Assembly (NCBI GenBank): GCA_028276785.1
Contig: JAPYVP010000017.1
Location: 1-11,303, forward strand
Length of the DNA stretch: 11,303 bases
Source of the DNA: Candidatus Nanopusillus sp.
GTDB lineage: Archaea; Nanobdellota; Nanobdellia; Nanobdellales; Nanobdellaceae
Direction of reading: 5' to 3'
Positions 1 to 6,731 of the stretch are shown piece after piece. Positions within the stretch are counted from its first letter, which is position 1. Each line of letters starts with the position of its first letter. The position numbers and the translations under genes are program-made. Under the pieces are notes generated by a model. It saw nothing but the letters and a program-made list of their open reading frames with translations, was not told where the DNA came from and searched no databases.

Positions 1-299
1 TCTAAATCGCCAACAGATGTATTTATATTATAAGCATTAATTATTATTGTTAACTCAATTTTCCAATTAATTTTTGGTTCTTCTTTCCAATAATTTTTAT
101 AAGCTTCCCATTTAGCTTCTACAAACAATAAACCTTCTGGAGTTAATCTATGAAAATAATATTTTTCATATCTATCTTTTTTAAATACCCCCTCCCATTT
201 ATTGCTTTCAAGAAATTTTTTGAATTTTTCATAAAAATCTTGTGGAATAAATTTTATTTTTGATTTTACTCTTGCTTTATATATTGTTTCCCAGCTCAT
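1..299 (-). CDS. hypothetical protein, partial (C-terminus lies beyond the window start); not in the supplied ORF track
   Basis: Hand translation of the minus strand from ATG 299..297 gives 99 uninterrupted codons to position 1: MSWETIYKARVKSKIKFIPQDFYEKFKKFLESNKWEGVFKKDRYEKYYFHRLTPEGLLFVEAKWEAYKNYWKEEPKINWKIELTIIINAYNINTSVGDL. An open frame this long is unlikely by chance in such AT-rich DNA. The start shares an ATGA with the stop of ORF 296..781. There is weak similarity to that ORF. Confidence 0.55.
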   Translation of the reverse strand, partial: MSWETIYKARVKSKIKFIPQDFYEKFKKFLESNKWEGVFKKDRYEKYYFHRLTPEGLLFVEAKWEAYKNYWKEEPKINWKIELTIIINAYNINTSVGDL

Positions 300-781
300 A
301 ATTTAAATGATGCTGTAAAATCTTTTGCTAAATTTAGAAAATCATCTGCAATTTTTCCAACATTTTTTTTATGATCTTTTAATTCACTGTCATATAAATA
401 TTTTTCAAATAACCCCCTAAGAAATATATTAAATGGCTTATCCCCAAAATATTTCTGATAATCTGTTATTAGATCTCCATTTATTTTTATATTTAAATTT
501 TCCGCATATTGTTTCATATTGTCAACTAATTTTAAACTATCTACGCTAATACTTATATCATAACTATATGTTACATAATCAGTTATTTTCTTTTCTGTAT
601 GCCACTCTAAATTTATAGATCTGGAACCATCATCTTTTACCTTTTCTTCATGCTTATTTTCAAGGAAGTCAAATCCTTTATTATCCCAAAATTCTTTCAT
701 TGATTTATAGAATTTTTGAAAATCAATTAGTCCAGTATATGAGAATGTTTTACCATCAACAATTCTTTCCTTTGGTGGCAT
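296..781 (-). CDS. hypothetical protein (161 aa), function unknown
   Basis: ORF of 161 codons with K/E/D-rich soluble-protein composition. A TATA-like box sits about 25 nt upstream of its ATG. It is coupled by ATGA to the downstream ORF 1..299. I recognise no family motif. Confidence 0.7.
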   Translation of the reverse strand: MPPKERIVDGKTFSYTGLIDFQKFYKSMKEFWDNKGFDFLENKHEEKVKDDGSRSINLEWHTEKKITDYVTYSYDISISVDSLKLVDNMKQYAENLNIKINGDLITDYQKYFGDKPFNIFLRGLFEKYLYDSELKDHKKNVGKIADDFLNLAKDFTASFKL

Positions 782-793
782 AATAAATAAAAA

Positions 794-813
794 AACTTTA
801 ATAATTAAAAGTT
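794..813. promoter_or_regulatory. imperfect palindrome carrying two TATA-like boxes; putative symmetric bidirectional promoter
   Basis: AACTTTAATAATTAAAAGTT has perfect 6-bp outer arms AACTTT/AAAGTT (794-799, 808-813) and an inner TAATTA palindrome. The outer-arm centre (803.5) equals the midpoint of the 44-bp gap between divergent ATGs at 781(-) and 826(+). TTTAATAA (797-804) and its minus-strand counterpart (about 803-810) each lie about 25 nt from the ATG they face. Confidence 0.3.
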
Positions 814-825
814 AAACTTTCTATA

Positions 826-1212
826 ATGTATAAGGTAATATCTTTTTTGTATAGGCTAAGAGAGAAGAGGGGTTTAATTATAATTGTAGAAGGTAAGAAA
901 GATAAAGAAGTATTAAAAGAGTTTGGATTTAATAATGTATATACAATATATGAATTGAAAAAGGATGATGGAATATTTTTGAATTATAGGGAGGCAATTA
1001 TATTAACGGATAATGATAATAAGGGAAGAATGTTATATAAATATATAAGAAATCTATTAGAATCTGATGGGATAATTGTAAATGATATTGAAAGGAAAAG
1101 ATTCTTTAAATATTTTAGAGTAAGAGAAGTTGAGGATTTAAGGAAACATATTGAGAAAATAAAGTTTTACATTAATTATTTTGAGAATCCTGAGAAAATT
1201 TTGTATTCTTGA
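826..1212 (+). CDS. small stand-alone Toprim-domain protein (archaeal UPF0292 / RNase M5-like type)
   Basis: The Toprim signature is present: a conserved Glu in IIIVEGKKDKEVLKEFG and a DxD in AIILTDNDNKGR. The size of 128 aa is typical of archaeal single-domain Toprim proteins. The last 41 nt overlap the 3' end of the convergent primase gene. Confidence 0.75.
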   Translation: MYKVISFLYRLREKRGLIIIVEGKKDKEVLKEFGFNNVYTIYELKKDDGIFLNYREAIILTDNDNKGRMLYKYIRNLLESDGIIVNDIERKRFFKYFRVREVEDLRKHIEKIKFYINYFENPEKILYS

Positions 1213-2563
1213 TTTTTTTAATTGGATATGATAAAGGGTTTTTAATTAATGAACAGATATTATCTGGGGTACATACTCCGATATCTTTATAATATATTTC
1301 ATTATTGCAATTTGGAGTTAAATATTTTTTATTATTTTTATATAATTTTTTATGCCATTCTAGTTGATATTCTATATATCTATCTTTTAATGGATCTTGT
1401 AAACTTTCATTCCACTCTTTTATATATCTTTCAATTTTATCCCAATCCCACCCAATATTTGCGAAGAAATTTATTAATATAAATAAAGATCTCTTTCTAC
1501 CATCATCCATTTCTTTATTGTTTAATATATTCTTTATACATGGGGGAAATAAATCTTCATTTATTTCTATTTTTCTTTTCTTTATTTCTTCTACATCTTT
1601 CTTTGTCTCTTCAAACCCCTCCTGATTTTTGTAATTTTCTGCTAATTTGCTAAATTTTATTATTTCAAATTCATTTTTTATTTTCCATAATAATGAATCA
1701 TTGATTAATTTTTTTAATTCCTTAGATTCTCTTCTTTCTAAATCTTCGGTTAAATATGGTATGCCTTCATATGAATAATTATTTATATTAGAATCTTCGG
1801 GATTTAACTTTTCTATATAATTCTCTTTTATTGGTATGGATAAATTTCCCGTTTTTTCATTTATTGAATATAAGCATCTAATTAAGTGTCTTGATGATAT
1901 TAATATTGTATCTATTTCAATAATATCATATGGATTAAATTCTCCTATATTATTTACTCCATATTCTTTTAATTCATCTTCACTAAATTTTAATAATATT
2001 ATCTTCTTTAATTTTTCTTCTATTTCTTTTGATATATATGATGCCAAAATTCTTGCAAGATCTGGGAATAATTTCCTAGTTTCTTCTTCTACAAGATTGT
2101 CCTTCTTGTATACATTTATTGTTTCTGGAAATATTTCCCAAGGAATTGCTATATGAAAGCCTTTTCCTCCAGAATATTTTATATATATAGGATTAATATT
2201 TTTTTCTTTTAAGTAATCAAATATAATCCTTGCAGCAATTTTAGATAGATCTAGAGATTTTGCATCTATATCTATTATGAAATCCCATCCCAATCTATAT
2301 TCATTTAAATCCTTTTTTGAAACCTTCTCACTTAAAATATTTAAATCAATCCATCTTTCAATCGATATATGAAATGAAATAGCACCCTTTTTGATATAAT
2401 TTATTATATCTTCTTTTGTTTCTATTTTTGATGGCCTATGTCCAAAATTGTTATTTGATAATAAATATCCAACTTCTCTATTTTGTGAAATTTTTACCAT
2501 ATCTTCCAAAATCTCTTTGTTATTTTGATAAAATTTAATTAGATTATTTATCATTATGCTCAT
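1172..2563 (-). CDS. priS: archaeo-eukaryotic DNA primase, single chain: PriS catalytic domain fused to a PriL C-terminal Fe-S-like domain
   Basis: PriS motifs are GWDFIIDIDA (DxD, aa 92-101), YSGGKGFHI (aa 130-138) and SSRHLIRCLYSINEKTGN (aa 223-240). After a K/E-rich linker (about aa 300-335) come PriL-CTD-like motifs: FPPCIKN, GRKRSLFILINFF, TPNC, GVCTPDNIC and KNPLSY. These give four Cys (342, 419, 431, 437 by my count), consistent with a 4Fe-4S cluster. The alternative start is M4 (2554). Confidence 0.9.
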   Translation of the reverse strand: MSIMINNLIKFYQNNKEILEDMVKISQNREVGYLLSNNNFGHRPSKIETKEDIINYIKKGAISFHISIERWIDLNILSEKVSKKDLNEYRLGWDFIIDIDAKSLDLSKIAARIIFDYLKEKNINPIYIKYSGGKGFHIAIPWEIFPETINVYKKDNLVEEETRKLFPDLARILASYISKEIEEKLKKIILLKFSEDELKEYGVNNIGEFNPYDIIEIDTILISSRHLIRCLYSINEKTGNLSIPIKENYIEKLNPEDSNINNYSYEGIPYLTEDLERRESKELKKLINDSLLWKIKNEFEIIKFSKLAENYKNQEGFEETKKDVEEIKKRKIEINEDLFPPCIKNILNNKEMDDGRKRSLFILINFFANIGWDWDKIERYIKEWNESLQDPLKDRYIEYQLEWHKKLYKNNKKYLTPNCNNEIYYKDIGVCTPDNICSLIKNPLSYPIKKIKNTKFSQDSQNN

Positions 2564-2600
2564 AATAATTTTTTATTGCAAAAAAATAAAAATTACAAAA

Positions 2601-2620
2601 ATTTATAAAAATTTATAAAA
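2601..2620 (+). promoter_or_regulatory. tandem duplicated TATA box (2 x ATTTATAAAA)
   Basis: Two exact 10-bp copies each contain the palindromic TTTATAAA (2602-2609, 2612-2619). The first is centred about 26.5 nt upstream of the rpo7 ATG (2632), the spacing expected for a leaderless archaeal mRNA. Because the box is palindromic, it could also serve the divergent primase gene (ATG 2563). Confidence 0.4.
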
Positions 2621-2631
2621 TCATTCTAATA

Positions 2632-3177
2632 ATGTTTTATGAAGTTCAGATATACGATGTAGTAAGGGTACCGCCAAATGAAATAACAGATAATGTAAGA
2701 GAAATGATAGAAAAGATATTATTAAATAATTATGTTGGAATGGGTGGGAAAGAATATGGAATAATTGTAACAATAAAGTCTATAGATGAAATATCTGAAG
2801 GTATAATGGTTTTTGAAGATGGTGGAGTATATTATAAGGTGAAATTTACTGCAATTTCATACTTTCCAATCATTTCTGAACTAACATATGGATTTGTATC
2901 ATCTATAACAGAATTTGGTGCATTTATAAACATAGGACCTGTAGATGCATTGGTTCATATTTCTCAAATAATGGATGATGAAGTATCTGTTTCTGGAAGA
3001 GAAGCACTAATTGGAAAAAATAGCAAAAGAGTATTGAAAGTAAATGATATGGTAAAAGCAAGGATAGTTACAGTAAGTTACAAGGGTGTATCAAATGTAA
3101 GGATTGCAATGACAATGAAACAGCCAGGATTGGGAAAATTAGAATGGCTTGAACAAAAGAAAAAAACTGGTAAATAA
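2632..3177 (+). CDS. rpo7: DNA-directed RNA polymerase subunit E' (Rpo7), with S1 domain
   Basis: The N-terminus MFYEVQIYDVVRVPPNEI is typical of Rpo7/RpoE'. An S1-like segment is present: GFVSSITEFGAFINIGPVDALVHISQIMDD. The length is 181 aa, and spt4 follows immediately, as in other archaea. Confidence 0.9.
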   Translation: MFYEVQIYDVVRVPPNEITDNVREMIEKILLNNYVGMGGKEYGIIVTIKSIDEISEGIMVFEDGGVYYKVKFTAISYFPIISELTYGFVSSITEFGAFINIGPVDALVHISQIMDDEVSVSGREALIGKNSKRVLKVNDMVKARIVTVSYKGVSNVRIAMTMKQPGLGKLEWLEQKKKTGK

Positions 3178-3380
3178 TGGCATATAGAAAACCAAAAAGA
3201 AAAATATGTAGAAATTGTAAGGCAATAATTGATAAAGATGTAGATAGGTGTCCATATTGCGGTTCTACAGATTTATCTGAAGATTATTCTGGATTTATTA
3301 TAATTGTAAATCAAGAAAATTCTGAATTTTCCAAAAAGTTAAATTTAAAAGAGGGAAAGTGGGCAATAAGAGTATTATAA
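3177..3380 (+). CDS. spt4: transcription elongation factor Spt4 (RpoE'')
   Basis: The 67-aa protein has a zinc ribbon CRNC...CPYC, followed by SEDYSGFIIIV and a GKWAIRVL C-terminus typical of Spt4. It overlaps the rpo7 stop by 1 nt (TAATG). Confidence 0.85.
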   Translation: MAYRKPKRKICRNCKAIIDKDVDRCPYCGSTDLSEDYSGFIIIVNQENSEFSKKLNLKEGKWAIRVL

Positions 3381-3381
3381 G

Positions 3382-5094
3382 ATGGATATAAATAAATTAA
3401 TAAAAAAATGGATACTATATAATAAATATAAGTATGGAAATGTAGATTTGAATTCTGTTATATCAAAAATAGTATATGAAAATCCAGATTTAAAGAAAAA
3501 TATAAAAGAACTAATTCCAAAAGTTAAAGAAGAAATTAATAATTTGATCAATATATCTAGAGAAGAAGCTTATAATATATTATTAAAAGAATATCCAGAA
3601 TTATTGGAAGAAAAGAAAAAAGAAGAAAGAAAGGGATTACCACCATTAAAGAATGCAATAGAAGGTAAAGTTAGGACAAGATTTGCTCCAAATCCTTCAG
3701 GATACTTACATATAGGTCATGCAAGAGCAATTATATTGAATTATGAATATGCAAGAATGTACAAAGGGAAATTTATATTAAGGATTGAAGATACAGATCC
3801 TAAGGTTAAAAAACCAGATCCAAATGTATATGAATCAATAAGAGAAGATGTCGAATGGTTAATAAATGATAAGGTAGATGAATTTTATATACAATCAGAA
3901 AGGTTAGATATATATTATAAATATATAAAAGAATTAATTGAAAAAGGGTTTGCATATGTGGATCTTTCTCCAAAGGAAATAATATCAAAATATAGAGCAG
4001 AAGGAATTCCTACAGAATATAGATTAAAAGAACCTGAATGGCATTTAGAACAGTTTGAAAAAATGTTAAATGGGCATTATGATGAAGAAAAAGCAGTAAT
4101 AAGAATTAAAACTGATTTAAACCATCCAAATCCATCTATAAGAGATTGGATTGCATTTAGAATTGTTGATCCAAATAAAAATCCACATCCATATTTATTA
4201 AAAAAATATGGAAAAAATTATGTAGAAAGATATTGGTTATGGCCAACTTATAATTTTTCTGTATCTATAGATGATCATTTAATGGGAATAACACATGTTT
4301 TGAGGATGAAGGAACATGAAGTAAATACTTATAAGCAAAAATATATTTATGAATATTTTGGCTGGGAGTTTCCAACAGTAATAAATTATGGAGCCCTATT
4401 AGTAAAAGATTTACCATTGCATAAATCCGAAATAAGGAAATTAATAAAGGAAGGAAAAATATCTGGATGGGATGATCCATTTTTACCAACATTAAAAGGA
4501 TTGAAGAGGAGAGGAATTGATAGAGAGGCAATAAGAAAATATATTGTAGAAATAGGTCCAAATCCTGTGGATGTGGTTATAAATTGGGATAAGATATATA
4601 CATACAATAGAGAAATATACGATAAAAAGGCCAAGAGATTTTTTATAATAAGAAATCCAATAAAAGTCATAATAAATGATTTACCATTAAATAAAATAAT
4701 AAAAGTTAAGAATCATCCAGAAGTAGATTTAGGATATAGAGAATTTATAATAAAATCTAATATAATTTATATAGATAGGAACGATATAAATAATAAGTAT
4801 TTAAGATTATTTGAAGGATTTAATATTGAAATAGTAGATAAAAAGGAAGATTACATTATTACCAAATATTTATCAGATAGTATAGAAGATGCAAGAAGAT
4901 TGGATGCAAAAATTGTACAATGGGTGCCTGAAGAATATAAGATTAATATAAAAATATGGGAAAAAGATGGTATAATAGATGCAATTGCGGAAAAATATGT
5001 ATTAGAATTAACAAAAGATGGAGAGATAATTCATGGAATAAGGTATGGATTCTTTAAGAGAGAAAAAGATTATCTAATATATATGCACAAATAA
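3382..5094 (+). CDS. gltX: glutamyl-tRNA synthetase, archaeal type
   Basis: The class I HIGH region is RFAPNPSGYLHIGHARA. Further conserved blocks are LRIEDTDP, WPTYNFSVSIDDHLMGITHVLR and ISGWDDPFLPTLKGLKRRGIDREAIRKYI. The N-terminal helical extension of about 90 aa is typical of archaeal GluRS. The gene starts 1 nt after the spt4 stop. Confidence 0.93.
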   Translation: MDINKLIKKWILYNKYKYGNVDLNSVISKIVYENPDLKKNIKELIPKVKEEINNLINISREEAYNILLKEYPELLEEKKKEERKGLPPLKNAIEGKVRTRFAPNPSGYLHIGHARAIILNYEYARMYKGKFILRIEDTDPKVKKPDPNVYESIREDVEWLINDKVDEFYIQSERLDIYYKYIKELIEKGFAYVDLSPKEIISKYRAEGIPTEYRLKEPEWHLEQFEKMLNGHYDEEKAVIRIKTDLNHPNPSIRDWIAFRIVDPNKNPHPYLLKKYGKNYVERYWLWPTYNFSVSIDDHLMGITHVLRMKEHEVNTYKQKYIYEYFGWEFPTVINYGALLVKDLPLHKSEIRKLIKEGKISGWDDPFLPTLKGLKRRGIDREAIRKYIVEIGPNPVDVVINWDKIYTYNREIYDKKAKRFFIIRNPIKVIINDLPLNKIIKVKNHPEVDLGYREFIIKSNIIYIDRNDINNKYLRLFEGFNIEIVDKKEDYIITKYLSDSIEDARRLDAKIVQWVPEEYKINIKIWEKDGIIDAIAEKYVLELTKDGEIIHGIRYGFFKREKDYLIYMHK

Positions 5095-5111
5095 TTTTTA
5101 AATAATTTTTT
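5095..5111 (+). promoter_or_regulatory. oligo-T tracts (possible terminator of rpo7-spt4-gltX) overlapping a TATA-like box for pfdB
   Basis: T5 (5095-5099) and T6 (5106-5111) follow the gltX stop directly, and archaeal termination uses oligo-T. TTTAAATA (5097-5104) matches the archaeal TATA consensus and is centred about 24.5 nt upstream of the pfdB ATG (5125). Confidence 0.3.
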
Positions 5112-5124
5112 AATATAATAAAGA

Positions 5125-5481
5125 ATGGTTAGTGAAGAAGAAATTGCATCAAAGTATGAAGAGTTTGAAAATTTAAGACAAGCATATTTATTAATAGAAA
5201 ATAAAAGACAGAAGGTTTTACAGGATTTGATTGAGACAGAAAATGCATTAAAAGAATTATCAAGCTTGCCGGACGATAAAAAGGTATATTATATGATAGG
5301 CAATGTACTAATAGAAAAAGATAAAAAAGAATTAATAAATAAGCTAAATGAAGATAGAGAAATATTAAAAGTCGAAGCAGAAAAGTTAAAAAAACAGTCT
5401 GATATATACAAAGAAAAGCTAAATTCTTTAACTAAGGAATTAAACGATCTATTAAAAAGATCAAATTTATCATCTAAATAA
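5125..5481 (+). CDS. pfdB: prefoldin beta subunit
   Basis: The 118-aa protein is coiled-coil rich, with the central hairpin motif ELSSLPDDKKVYYMIGNVLIEKDKKELINKLNEDRE characteristic of archaeal prefoldin beta. Confidence 0.85.
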   Translation: MVSEEEIASKYEEFENLRQAYLLIENKRQKVLQDLIETENALKELSSLPDDKKVYYMIGNVLIEKDKKELINKLNEDREILKVEAEKLKKQSDIYKEKLNSLTKELNDLLKRSNLSSK

Positions 5482-5550
5482 ATAATATCATAAAGGATAA
5501 TCAAAAACATTAACCAAAGGCATAAAAATGATAGAGAAATATATATTTAT

Positions 5551-5943
5551 ATGGTATCTTTAGGGAACATATTTAAGTCAAAGAAGAAAGAAACTTCTGA
5601 TCAGTATGTAGAAGTAGTACCAACTCAGAAAGCTGAGGAGGTAAAGATTTATGTTAGAGTATTTAGAATAAAAGATCCATCAGAAGTTAAAGCCGTTGTA
5701 GATTCATTAAGGGAAAGAAATTATATAGTATTTGTAGATATATCTGGATTAAATACTGGTAAAGACCTTGTAGAAGTAAAGAAAGTTGTATCTAGAATAA
5801 AGTCGGTTGTAGATGCAATTGGTGGAGATATAGCTGCTGTAAGTAAAGATTGGATCATTGCTACACCCCCATATGTAAAAATTTGGAGAGGACATCAAAT
5901 GTCCGCAGTTGAAGAAATAAAACAGGAAAATCAAAAATCTTAA
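5551..5943 (+). CDS. sepF: cell division protein SepF homologue (DUF552 family)
   Basis: The core IYVRVFRIKDPSEVKAVVDSLRERNYIVFVDISGL...VVSRIKSVVDAIGGDIAAVSKDWIIATPPYVKIWRG matches the SepF/DUF552 pattern. The N-terminus MVSLGNIFKSKKK could be the amphipathic membrane-targeting helix. Confidence 0.8.
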   Translation: MVSLGNIFKSKKKETSDQYVEVVPTQKAEEVKIYVRVFRIKDPSEVKAVVDSLRERNYIVFVDISGLNTGKDLVEVKKVVSRIKSVVDAIGGDIAAVSKDWIIATPPYVKIWRGHQMSAVEEIKQENQKS

Positions 5944-6428
5944 TATATTTTTGATAGTCCTTTTTCATCTTCTATTATTATAGTTAATTCCTTTTTATTA
6001 TTTAATACATCTTCTATATAATTTATTTTTTCAATTATTTTATCATATTTTTCTTTATCATCAGAATATAATATTTTAAATCTTTCTAAATTATTTTTTA
6101 TATTTATTAAAAAATCATCTATTGCTCTAATTTCAAATTTTGATTCAATACCTGGGGTTATTTCTATTTCAATTTCTTTTAATATTACTTTTGCATAAGG
6201 AGATTTTAAAAATAATTTTCTAGCTTTTTCTTTATTATCTATCTTATATTCTATTTTTATATAACCTCTATCTTCTAATGGTATTATTTCAAATGTTTTA
6301 TAACCGCAAGAATTGCATTTAAATACATAGAGTAATGATTTACCAATTTCTGGAAAATCGTATTCAATTGTTTTTATTTCAACATCTTTCGAATTACAAA
6401 CTGGACAAGAATCTGTTAAGATTATCAT
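5940..6428 (-). CDS. ZPR1-type zinc-finger protein
   Basis: A C4 zinc ribbon (CPVC...27 aa...CNSCGYK) is followed by a beta-rich module (IKIEYKIDNKEKARKLFLKSPYAKVILKEIEIEITPG...FEIRAIDDF), as in archaeal ZPR1-like proteins. The stop overlaps the sepF stop within TTAA (5940-5943). Confidence 0.7.
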   Translation of the reverse strand: MIILTDSCPVCNSKDVEIKTIEYDFPEIGKSLLYVFKCNSCGYKTFEIIPLEDRGYIKIEYKIDNKEKARKLFLKSPYAKVILKEIEIEITPGIESKFEIRAIDDFLINIKNNLERFKILYSDDKEKYDKIIEKINYIEDVLNNKKELTIIIEDEKGLSKIY

Positions 6429-6594
6429 ATATTTTTAATAATCTAAATATTAAATTCATCTGAGCCCTCGCTTTTGATATATCTCTTTTATTAATTATTA
6501 TAACATTATTTTCAATTTTTATTCCCTCTTGAGATTCTAAAAATTTTAGTATATCTATTAAATCTTGATCTTCAATATTAATTATTATTTTCAT
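6394..6594 (-). CDS. pcc1: short Pcc1-like protein (possible KEOPS subunit)
   Basis: The C-terminal helix NVIIINKRDISKARAQMNLIFRLLKIYDNL resembles the Pcc1 motif (A.DisalRAalNsflRli) as I remember it, and the N-terminal strands IIINIEDQDLIDILKFLESQ fit too. Its position directly after rpl37ae-rpoP matches the conserved archaeal neighbourhood. At 66 aa it is shorter than usual. It overlaps rpoP by ATGA and the ZPR1-like gene by 35 nt. Confidence 0.5.
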   Translation of the reverse strand: MKIIINIEDQDLIDILKFLESQEGIKIENNVIIINKRDISKARAQMNLIFRLLKIYDNLNRFLSSL

Positions 6595-6731
6595 ATAGCT
6601 TTTATTTTTTTAATTGTGTTTGGTCTTAATTTTACCAATATTTTTGATCCGCAATATATACATTTAACTTTTTTTAATGCAGTTTCTCCATCTATTATTC
6701 TTTTACAGTTTATACAAATATATTGAGTCAT
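6591..6731 (-). CDS. rpoP: DNA-directed RNA polymerase subunit P (Rpo12); not in the supplied ORF track
   Basis: Hand translation gives MTQYICINCKRIIDGETALKKVKCIYCGSKILVKLRPNTIKKIKAI (46 aa). The zinc ribbon CxxC...CxxCG followed by ILVKLR is the RpoP/RPC10 signature. ATGA overlaps occur at both ends (rpl37ae stop 6728-6730; pcc1-like start 6592-6594). Confidence 0.85.
   Translation of the reverse strand: MTQYICINCKRIIDGETALKKVKCIYCGSKILVKLRPNTIKKIKAI

Noticed and set aside
1249-2156. Plus-strand ORFs 1249..1482 and 1836..2156, antisense to the primase gene
   Set aside because: They lie entirely inside a gene with strong primase motifs. Their translations are low-complexity F/I/L/Y/N strings typical of shadow frames in AT-rich DNA, and no motifs are present.
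4079-4115. C-box-like ATGATGA (4079-4085) with a downstream CTGA (4112-4115), and another GATGATGA near 2971-2980: possible C/D box sRNAs
   Set aside because: Both lie inside well-supported coding genes. The box spacing does not fit the C-guide-D'/C'-guide-D architecture, and such short motifs are expected by chance.
3806-4670. Minus-strand ORFs 3806..3988, 4265..4561 and 4386..4670, antisense to gltX
   Set aside because: These are shadow frames inside a well-supported GluRS gene. They are mutually overlapping and have leucine/isoleucine-rich nonsense composition.
5482-5550. Direct AAAGG repeats and the short ORF starting at 5528 in the pfdB-sepF spacer
   Set aside because: The repeats are only 5 bp. 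The ORF is 11 codons and out of frame with sepF. The spacer is better explained as carrying a TATA-like box (ATAAAAAT, about 25 nt upstream of the sepF ATG).
5289-5934. Minus-strand ORFs 5289..5510 (antisense to pfdB) and 5749..5934 (antisense to sepF)
   Set aside because: The opposite-strand genes have clear family signatures, and these frames have no motifs and low-complexity composition.
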